The notes below the pieces were generated by a model that had not been told where the DNA came from, did not search any database, and saw only the letters and a list, made by a program, of their open reading frames with translations. A stretch of DNA of 64,000 nt, taken from contig JARLHZ010000004.1 in NCBI GenBank assembly GCA_031291995.1, positions 5,272 through 69,271 on the forward strand, in the 5' to 3' direction. The stretch comes from Candidatus Doudnabacteria bacterium (lineage in GTDB: Bacteria > Patescibacteriota > Doudnabacteria > UBA920). Shown piece by piece: positions 9,193 through 16,170 of this stretch (position 1 is the stretch's first letter; each line of letters starts with the position of its first letter). Made by a program: the position numbers and the translations under genes.

Positions 9193-10095
9193 ATGAATGT
9201 AGATCAACTAAAAAATCTTCTCAAGCATTACCATCTCAAGCCCAACTTTACCTACGGCCAGAATTTTTTGATTGACGATATTGTGCTGCAGGACATAGTT
9301 GACGCGGCGGACATAAGCGAGGCCGACGCGGTTTTGGAAATCGGCCCGGGCATTGGCAACCTGACCCGCGCTTTGTGCGAGCGCGCGGGTTTTGTTTTGT
9401 CCATAGAAAAAGACCCGAAGTTTTTTCCAATACTGAAGTCCGTAAAAAAAGATTATCCCGAAAACTTCCGCTTTGAAATTGCCGACGCCCTTGAGTTCGA
9501 TTTTCAGGCGGAGCTATCTGCCAGGGGATTTATTAATCCAAACGCCGGAACAAATGTCGTTCCGCGTCCAGATCCGCGTAGCGGATCCGCGTTTAGATCC
9601 GCGGGTTATAAAGTTGTCGCCAACATCCCATACTACATTACCGGAAAAATTTTACAAATGCTGATGACGGCAAAAGTTAAGCCAAGCAGCATCGTCGTGC
9701 TAACGCAAAAAGAAGTCGCGCGCAACCTGGCGGCCAAAGCGGGGGACTTGGGAATTCTGGCCATCTCGGTCCAGCTGTACGGCGAACCTAAACTGGTGCA
9801 GGTCGTCCAGTCCAAAAGTTTTTATCCGGCGCCAAAAGTCGACAGCGCGATAGTCAAAATAGATTTGTACGACAAAGCCAAATATGAGCTCGCCGACGAA
9901 AAAAGATTTTTTAAAATTGTCAAAGCTTGCTTCGCCGGCAAGCGAAAACAAATCCATAACACCCTGGTAAACAATTTGCACCTGGATAAAAATTTCGTGG
10001 CCGATATTTTGCGCCAGCTAAAAATAAAACCTGAGGCAAGACCTCAGGAGTTAACCATTGAACAGTGGATTGACCTAGCCGGAAAGATTCAGTAA
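9193..10095 (+). CDS. rsmA: 16S rRNA (adenine1518/1519-N6)-dimethyltransferase RsmA/KsgA, with an internal ~25-aa insertion
   Basis: YGQNFLIDDIVLQDIV, SAM-binding motif VLEIGPGIGNLTRAL, and VVANIPYYIT. The insertion is encoded by gatccgcg-type repeats at ~9529-9615. Confidence 0.8.
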   Translation: MNVDQLKNLLKHYHLKPNFTYGQNFLIDDIVLQDIVDAADISEADAVLEIGPGIGNLTRALCERAGFVLSIEKDPKFFPILKSVKKDYPENFRFEIADALEFDFQAELSARGFINPNAGTNVVPRPDPRSGSAFRSAGYKVVANIPYYITGKILQMLMTAKVKPSSIVVLTQKEVARNLAAKAGDLGILAISVQLYGEPKLVQVVQSKSFYPAPKVDSAIVKIDLYDKAKYELADEKRFFKIVKACFAGKRKQIHNTLVNNLHLDKNFVADILRQLKIKPEARPQELTIEQWIDLAGKIQ

Positions 10096-10098
10096 TAA

Positions 10099-10200
10099 TT
10101 CGAAATTGCAAATATCAAATTTCAAATCAAGGCCAATATCTTAATTTTTTAATTTGGCATTAAAAATTGATTTGAAATTTGTAATTTGGTATTTGTCATT
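10099..10200. repeat. word-built hairpin, caaatttcaaat family
   Basis: cgaaattgcaaatatcaaatttcaaatcaa ... ttgatttgaaatttgtaatttggtatttg. Confidence 0.6.
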
Positions 10201-10861
10201 TTTTTAGTACCGCTTCATCGCCCGCCGTGATGTTGTTTTTTTTCGCCCACCCGGCATTTACTTCCACCACCCAATTGACCGGCGACGGGGGATAGTAAAC
10301 CGGGAGGCGCGAGTTGCAGCTTTCAACCGATAAGTTACAAATCGCGGGAGCGGGGACATCGGGAGTTACGCCTGTAACTTTTCCGTCCGCAATCCAAATA
10401 AAATCCAAATTAAATTTCATATCCTTCATCCAAAATCCGGTCATTTGCGCCGAGCCAAAATCAAACAGCATGCCCTGGCCTGTGGCCATGGAAATTCTGT
10501 CCGATAAACCTTGTTGCTGCTCCGCCGGCGTGTTCGCAATTTCCACATTCAAATTTTGTGAACCAATTTGCAATCGATGAGAGTAACTATATGGCTGAGC
10601 CGAAACCGGAGCAGAGGATAATATCTGCTGATTGCATCCCGCGGCCAAGACAGCCGTAAAAAAAATTAAAGCCAATAGTTTGAGTAAACGATTATTATTA
10701 AATGTGTCATCCCGACCCGCCGTCGCCAAGGCTTTGGCGGGCAAGCCGACATCATTATGAGCATGGGTCAGGCGAAGCCCTGAGCGGAGCGAAGGGGATC
10801 CCTTATGTGTAGAAATCGCAAATAATTTTATTTTCATCTCTAAATCATACCAAGTCCTCAA
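10196..10861 (-). CDS. DUF192-family lipoprotein. The N-terminal ~55 codons of the ORF probably belong to a repeat element and are not coding
   Basis: Lipobox-like LLALIFFTAVLAAGC and the DUF192 core GMLFDFGSAQMTGFWMKDMKFNLDFIWI. The upstream part of the ORF spans the MITE-like copy at 10694-10815, so the true start is probably near 10700. Confidence 0.55.
   Translation of the reverse strand: MRTWYDLEMKIKLFAISTHKGSPSLRSGLRLTHAHNDVGLPAKALATAGRDDTFNNNRLLKLLALIFFTAVLAAGCNQQILSSAPVSAQPYSYSHRLQIGSQNLNVEIANTPAEQQQGLSDRISMATGQGMLFDFGSAQMTGFWMKDMKFNLDFIWIADGKVTGVTPDVPAPAICNLSVESCNSRLPVYYPPSPVNWVVEVNAGWAKKNNITAGDEAVLKK
10694..10815. mobile_element. MITE-like element copy (TGTCATCCCG family)
   Basis: Starts tgtgtcatcccgaccc and contains gggtcaggcgaagccctgagcggagcgaaggggatccc. 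Related to the copies at 14564, ~15500, 15956 and 47170. Confidence 0.45.
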
Positions 10862-10983
10862 ACCTATTGCAAAATTTATCCGGATGTGCTATAATAAGAA
10901 TGTAAAAGGTAAAAGTTCGCTTAGAAATCAAAACAAAACACAATTTAATAACATCAAATCGGAGGCCAATAATTTAGGCCGAT

Positions 10984-11454
10984 TTGTATTGTGAAACAAA
11001 ATTAAAATCCAATATTATGAGGCATTATCACATGAGCCGAATTCTATATACTTTCATGGTAGCTTTGTTGTTAACTACCGCGGCCGTTTTTGTTTTGTAT
11101 TCGCAGGCGTTACCCGCAAAAGCGCTGCCGGTGTTTGTTCCTTATGGAGGCTTCGTAATTGCCGGCCCCTTGGCTGCCCAGAGTATTATTTGTCCGGAAT
11201 ATTCACTTGTAAATAATGTCGATTTGGAAAACGGTCTCGGGCCGGTTATTGGTATTGCCATCCCTGTCACGCCGCCGGCGCCGACTTATGATTTCAACGA
11301 TATATTTACACCCGGTAATCCTTTAGTGGGTGGCGTTCTGCCGACCCCCTGTGCGGTGGGCCTCGGAGGCGTCCAGGTTTATCCTATATTTTTTGACGCT
11401 CCGGACGGCCCGTTTTATTTGACCGGTACGGGCGGAATTCCGGGAACATATTAA
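10984..11454 (+). CDS. small secreted/membrane hypothetical protein (likely start at 11032, MSRILY...)
   Basis: N-terminal hydrophobic helix LYTFMVALLLTTAAVFVLY followed by a Gly/Pro-rich mature part. No family recognised. Confidence 0.35.
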   Translation: MYCETKLKSNIMRHYHMSRILYTFMVALLLTTAAVFVLYSQALPAKALPVFVPYGGFVIAGPLAAQSIICPEYSLVNNVDLENGLGPVIGIAIPVTPPAPTYDFNDIFTPGNPLVGGVLPTPCAVGLGGVQVYPIFFDAPDGPFYLTGTGGIPGTY

Positions 11455-11464
11455 AAAAACAAAT

Positions 11465-12331
11465 ATGGAAATTTCAAATCAGGAAGCTCAATCTGTTTCT
11501 CCTCAATCAATACAGTGGGGGCATTTTGGCATAATTATGTTTGCCGTAATTTTGCTTTTTGGCGCGGCGTACTTGGAAAAGCCCCAGCTGTTTGATTTTC
11601 ACAAAGCGCAAACCCTTGCCGAGGCCGGCTTGCCGCATTATGTTCCTTATGTTCCCTCGGCGGAAGACTTGCCTCAGCCGGCCGTGCTGGGGGCAAGCAC
11701 CGACCAGGGTCCGCAAATAATAGGGGACGACGGAAAAGTCGCCCCGGTAAACGTTGGACAAGTCTTGGGCGCCAGCACCCAGGGGGTTCAACTTTCTTTA
11801 AGCGATATTAAAGTAAATTCCATTCCCGACTCCGCGGGGTCAGTTAAACAATATTTTATCGATACGCAAGCCATAGAATCAAATGTTATTAGTAATAATG
11901 ATTTTGCAGGAGCTATAAACTCCGGAGACCAAGGGCAAATAAATATTCAGGCGCAAAAAATTTCCGGCTTGTTAGCCGCATTGCAGAAATTACCCGTTCC
12001 CCAGAGCCTTATAAAACTGCAGCAATTAAAAATCGTCCAGTATAATTCCACGATCGCTCTGCTGCAGAATTTTACGAAAGCCGATGAAAACCCCGACCAA
12101 ATTAGTGCCGATCTTCAGCAGTTTTTAAAGAGCCAGCAGGACTTGGATAATGAAAATATCGCGGTGGCGCAAAAATTTCCTCAGGACGACCCACAGTCGG
12201 CGTTGTATCTTAATGCTGACGGCTCCCCGGCTGTTTCGCAATCCACCATTGACAACTTTGGTTCCAGCGCGGTCACGCCAAGCCAAGTTTCCAGCTTAAC
12301 GAATTTAGACAACAGCGATGCGGGCCAATAA
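11465..12331 (+). CDS. hypothetical membrane-anchored protein
   Basis: TM helix HFGIIMFAVILLFGAAYL followed by a Q/S/D-rich hydrophilic domain. No recognisable family. Confidence 0.35.
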   Translation: MEISNQEAQSVSPQSIQWGHFGIIMFAVILLFGAAYLEKPQLFDFHKAQTLAEAGLPHYVPYVPSAEDLPQPAVLGASTDQGPQIIGDDGKVAPVNVGQVLGASTQGVQLSLSDIKVNSIPDSAGSVKQYFIDTQAIESNVISNNDFAGAINSGDQGQINIQAQKISGLLAALQKLPVPQSLIKLQQLKIVQYNSTIALLQNFTKADENPDQISADLQQFLKSQQDLDNENIAVAQKFPQDDPQSALYLNADGSPAVSQSTIDNFGSSAVTPSQVSSLTNLDNSDAGQ

Positions 12332-14276
12332 CGTCAAAAAAATAATTGCAGCGGCTTTAATTTTCAGCCAAATGGTTTTGATGCCGGGCTTGGCTTTTGC
12401 TTTGCCCCTTAGCGGTACCGGTACAGCTGCCGGGGCGGTCAATCCTGTGCCGATTAATGACAGCGGGTCGGTCGTCGGAAATACCGCATTTGATATTGCT
12501 TTAAAAGCAATTTTAACTTTAAATCCCGAATCCCTGGCGGTTTGCGATACTACACTGCAGGGATTCGAAAAAACGGATACTGTAACGCAGGTTGGGTTTT
12601 CTTTTTCTGCGATTATCGGTGGAGGAAATCTTTTGGCCGCGCAGTATGCCAAGGAGATTACCGCATACACCGCATATTTGGCGTGTCTTGAAGGCGATCC
12701 GACCTTGGGTTTTACGCCGGGCGTGCTCCCTGCTTTACAAGCTTTAACATCGCCAAACATTTATACCGCAAGCGTCAAGGAACAATATATTACTAAGGTT
12801 AACGCGAGTATTGAAGCCTATACCGCTAAATTGAACAGCGCCATTGCTAAATACAATGTTGCCAGCCAAAACATCTGGAAAGCCTTTTTAATTACCGTTC
12901 TTCTTCAAACCACGAAAGTCGTGGCTGACCAGTTGGTAAACAAGTTGGTGAATAATTTTAAAATTGCCAATATCAAAGCTTATACCGATTCGGTCGCGAC
13001 TTTAATGTATGACAACCAGTTTATTCGGGACAATTTTCCCGACAACCAGGGCCAGCTTATGGCCAGGGCTATTTTAACTAATCCGGCGTTCCGATTCCAG
13101 GTGCCGCCCGGGATTTACGTTCAAGCGGACACGGCTTTGGGTTATGCGACCTTGAATCCGGACGATCCCTATTTTTACAGCGACCTGGCCAAAGCCGGCT
13201 TTGCGGCTACGAATCCCTATTATTTACATACGACTTACGTAGGCGGTGTTGATCAATCTCATGGTTCGGCGCTGGCTTCGGCCAAGACTTTTATTTCCCA
13301 GGGCACCGGCTATAAAGCGCCGGTTAATTGCGCGGGCAGTCTGGCCCAGCAGCAGCAAATAGACACCGCGACCAAAGCCGCATCAGATCAGTTGGCTAAT
13401 AGAGCGGCATTGCTTCAAAGTTTGCAAAATGCCAGAAGTACCATGACTAATTTTACCACTGCGCAAATTCAGCAGATGGATAGCGACATAGCCAAAGCCC
13501 AGGCCGATTATAATACTGCGCTGGCCGCGTGGAATAATTTGCCATTTACCGTGACTGGTAATAATAGTGTTAGCAATTCAGCCGTGGGCGGCGGTAATAA
13601 CACCGAAGGCACCGCGGCTATTGTTATGTGCGAGGCTATTAATTCCCCGGCCGTGTTAGTCAATCAGGGTATAGATGCCATGTTTAAATCTTTAAACCTT
13701 GGCCAGTATACCCCCAACAACTTGCCCGGTTTCTTAAAGGCAATGGCTGGTATCGCAACACAAATCGGTTCCAGTATGGTTATGGGCGGCATTACCGGTC
13801 ACGCCGTAAATATAAATGAAAATATGGCTGCGGGCGCGGCGGTTTCCGTCACCCAAGCGGCGACCATTCAAACACTAAACAACAACACCGAAAGTAATAT
13901 GGCAAAGGGGATAGATCTTGAAGCTTACCCCAACTCGGGTGTAACCAACGGGTATACTTTAACCTGGACGGTTATGACGACTCAAATCGGGACCGCCAGT
14001 TATGCGGCGATTACCGGGCCGGGGGTAGTGGGTACTACGACAAGGCTGCCGCTCAGCGGGAGCATGCAAGTAGTTTCGCCGACGGGCGGCAATTATACAC
14101 TGACTGTATTTGATTCTTCCGGTAAACCACTGATTACCGCCGTAGCCACTGCCACACCGCAGCAGACCGCGTACAATAATAATGCAAACTCGCCAACCGT
14201 GGCCGGCGCGTTTACCAACCAGCCGGTAATTCTGCCCAGAGGCCTGGTGCCCGTATTTGCTCCGAGAGGGGAATAG
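12318..14276 (+). CDS. large secreted hypothetical protein (signal peptide)
   Basis: Signal peptide IIAAALIFSQMVLMPGLAFALP. 652 aa, A/T/N-rich. No family recognised. Confidence 0.4.
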   Translation: MRANNVKKIIAAALIFSQMVLMPGLAFALPLSGTGTAAGAVNPVPINDSGSVVGNTAFDIALKAILTLNPESLAVCDTTLQGFEKTDTVTQVGFSFSAIIGGGNLLAAQYAKEITAYTAYLACLEGDPTLGFTPGVLPALQALTSPNIYTASVKEQYITKVNASIEAYTAKLNSAIAKYNVASQNIWKAFLITVLLQTTKVVADQLVNKLVNNFKIANIKAYTDSVATLMYDNQFIRDNFPDNQGQLMARAILTNPAFRFQVPPGIYVQADTALGYATLNPDDPYFYSDLAKAGFAATNPYYLHTTYVGGVDQSHGSALASAKTFISQGTGYKAPVNCAGSLAQQQQIDTATKAASDQLANRAALLQSLQNARSTMTNFTTAQIQQMDSDIAKAQADYNTALAAWNNLPFTVTGNNSVSNSAVGGGNNTEGTAAIVMCEAINSPAVLVNQGIDAMFKSLNLGQYTPNNLPGFLKAMAGIATQIGSSMVMGGITGHAVNINENMAAGAAVSVTQAATIQTLNNNTESNMAKGIDLEAYPNSGVTNGYTLTWTVMTTQIGTASYAAITGPGVVGTTTRLPLSGSMQVVSPTGGNYTLTVFDSSGKPLITAVATATPQQTAYNNNANSPTVAGAFTNQPVILPRGLVPVFAPRGE

Positions 14277-14323
14277 TATTCGCTTTTCAATCGACCGTTT
14301 AGAAAAACAAAAATTAGGAGATC

Positions 14324-14352
14324 AAAAAACCATCATCAAAGATGGTTTTTTG
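14324..14352 (+). terminator. rho-independent terminator
   Basis: aaaaaccatc-atcaaa-gatggttttttg is a stem-loop followed by a T-run, downstream of 12318-14276. Confidence 0.6.
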
Positions 14353-14481
14353 ATAGTCACGGGTCTGCCGCCGAATATTTATGCTTAACGCGTTAGGCCT
14401 GACCCGGATAGTTATTTGCACTATAATTTGCATCCATCGGTTGCAAATAATTTCAATAAGCGTAAACTGTAGATAGCCATT

Positions 14482-14519
14482 TGGTAGACAAAACGTGCGG
14501 CCGCACGTTTTGTCTACCA
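14482..14519. repeat. 38-bp perfect palindrome, copy 1
   Basis: tggtagacaaaacgtgcggccgcacgttttgtctacca (centre GCGGCCGC). Confidence 0.9.
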
Positions 14520-14563
14520 ATATCAAATAAAAATTATTACAAGTAGTCTTAAAAATAAAGTTT

Positions 14564-14656
14564 CGTCATCCCCGGCTTGACCGGGGATCCAGAATTGTTC
14601 TTACTTGCTTGACTTGGATTCCTCCGTCCGCCTTAGGCGGGAGGACGGGAATGACG
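14564..14656. mobile_element. MITE-like element copy (TGTCATCCCG family)
   Basis: cgtcatccccggcttgaccggggatcc ... ggcgggaggacgggaatgacg. The termini are inverted (gtcatccccg / cgggaatgac). Confidence 0.45.
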
Positions 14657-14717
14657 TAAAGTGGTCAAAGGTTATTTTTTAAGATAGCTTCTAAGATAAA
14701 AATTAAATTTTACTTTT

Positions 14718-15251
14718 ATGCCGAAAAAAGATTCGACCGCGGTAAATGAAGTTTTATTTTGGCTGTACGAGACGGGGAAGCTTTTGTCCGTAATTTTCGC
14801 GTCCAAGCACGAATGGAAAAGGCGGATGTGGAATCATACCTGGGGGAACTACAACAATTATAAATCCACGGTTTACCATATGCGGGAACAGGGGCTGGTG
14901 GAAATCGTGTCCAAAGATGGCTTAAGGTTTTTAAAACTTACGTCCAAAGGGCAAATGGAAGCATTGCTGGCCAAAGCAAAAGTCGTTAAGCGAGCAGTTT
15001 GGGATAAAAAATGGCGGGTGCTGATTTTTGACATCCCGGAAGACGCCAAATTGCAGAGGAACCAATTCAGGCGTCTGTTAAAAAGAAATGAATTTAAAAA
15101 ATTGCAGGCCAGCGTTTATGTAAACCCCTACCCGTTTAACCGCGAGGCAATTGAATATTTAAAAGAATCAGGTTTAATAAAGTACATTCGGATTTTAAAA
15201 GTTGAAGAAATGGACAGTGATGCCGATTTGCGTAAGATGTTTAATATATAG
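14718..15251 (+). CDS. wHTH + Cas2/VapD-fold (PaaX-like) small protein
   Basis: N-terminal winged-helix-like region (VYHMREQGLVEIVSKDGLRFLKLTSKGQ). The C-terminal region matches the Cas2 beta1-alpha1-beta2 pattern (KKWRVLIFDIPED...QFRRLLKRNEFKKLQASVYVN). No cas1 or array is present. Confidence 0.4.
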   Translation: MPKKDSTAVNEVLFWLYETGKLLSVIFASKHEWKRRMWNHTWGNYNNYKSTVYHMREQGLVEIVSKDGLRFLKLTSKGQMEALLAKAKVVKRAVWDKKWRVLIFDIPEDAKLQRNQFRRLLKRNEFKKLQASVYVNPYPFNREAIEYLKESGLIKYIRILKVEEMDSDADLRKMFNI

Positions 15252-15325
15252 GACTTACTTCTTTCAAAGCGGAACACATTTTTTAATGAGCTTCTGATAC
15301 TAGTCAAATAATCTAAAAATAAAAT

Positions 15326-15363
15326 TGGTAGACAAAACGCGCGGCCGCACGTTTTGTCTACCA
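15326..15363. repeat. 38-bp palindrome, copy 2 (one mismatch)
   Basis: tggtagacaaaacgcgcggccgcacgttttgtctacca. Confidence 0.9.
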
Positions 15364-15732
15364 AAGACAAGAGTTGTATTTTTATATTTATAGGCGATAT
15401 TGGCGAATGGCGCGGGTGGTGTGGCGTGGCAAATCAAATCGGATATTCTGAAGGCAATTTCGGTTTTAATCGACACTATTCCCCGGAGCCCCACTCCAGG
15501 GTTAACAATTATGTCATCCCGGAATTTTTCAGGGCTGTGAAAAATATCCGGGATCCAGTCAGGGCGGCATTCTGGATCCCGGCTCTCTACCTTCGTCAAG
15601 GCTACGGCAGACAAGTCGGATGTATTCGGCCGAGCTGATACACTAGCTATTTGGACTTGTTACCACGCTGCTCTGCCGCGGGGAGGGCTCATTGAAAATC
15701 TGATGCCAATCTTAATAATCTAGAAAGAAAAT

Positions 15733-15770
15733 TGGTAGACAAAACGTGCGGCCGCACGTTTTGTCTACCA
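15733..15770. repeat. 38-bp perfect palindrome, copy 3
   Basis: tggtagacaaaacgtgcggccgcacgttttgtctacca. Confidence 0.9.
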
Positions 15771-15955
15771 AAGACAGGTTTTGTTGAAATTATATTTTAT
15801 AGACGATATCGGTGCGTGGCGCGGGTGGTGCGGGGTGGAAAATCGTCCCGGATATTCTAAAGGTAATGTCGGTTTTATCTAATTTTTACCAATACACAAA
15901 ATTGTTCCGTTTCCCGTAGGTTTGCCGGACTATATTTTGACTTTAATTCACAAGT

Positions 15956-16115
15956 TTGCCGAGGTTACTTCCCACTGGCCCTGTGTCATTGCGAGGAAAC
16001 AAGGGCTTTGACTTATTTCCGAAGCAATCTTAGAGAGACAATAAGATTGCTTCGTCGGCTGCACTCCTCGCAATGACACAACAATTCAATACCCAGTGGG
16101 CAGTAACTTGCCGAG
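15956..16115. mobile_element. MITE-like element with ~45-bp imperfect terminal inverted repeats
   Basis: Left arm ttgccgaggttacttcccactggccctgtgtcattgcgagga. Right arm tcctcgcaatgacacaacaattcaatacccagtgggcagtaacttgccgag. Internal palindrome gaagcaatcttagagagacaataagattgcttc. Confidence 0.55.
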
Positions 16116-16119
16116 TATT

Positions 16120-16147
16120 TTGTGATTTTTGGGGAATGTGGTATAAT
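16120..16147 (+). promoter_or_regulatory. sigma70-like promoter candidate for the VirB6-like gene
   Basis: -35 ttgtga at 16120-16125, a 16-nt spacer, and an extended -10 tgg-tataat at 16139-16147. It sits 24 bp upstream of the ATG at 16171. Confidence 0.4.
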
Positions 16148-16170
16148 TTTAGTGAAAGTCTTATCCACAA

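Larger units (their letters stand above)
15283..15880. repeat. tandem duplication, two units of ~408 bp each containing the 38-bp palindrome
   Basis: The unit ctgat..taatcta.aaa.aaaattggtagac[palindrome]aagaca..tat.tttata.gcgatat.ggcg.atggcgcgggtggtg.gg.gtgg.aaatc..gatattct.aaggcaat.tcggtttta occurs at ~15285-15470 and ~15693-15880. Confidence 0.6.

Noticed and set aside
14314-15638. Small ORFs 14314-14526-, 15128-15370-, 15354-15638+ sharing LVDKTCGRxFCLP
   Set aside because: The shared peptide is simply the translation of the 38-bp palindrome repeated at each site. There is no independent coding evidence.
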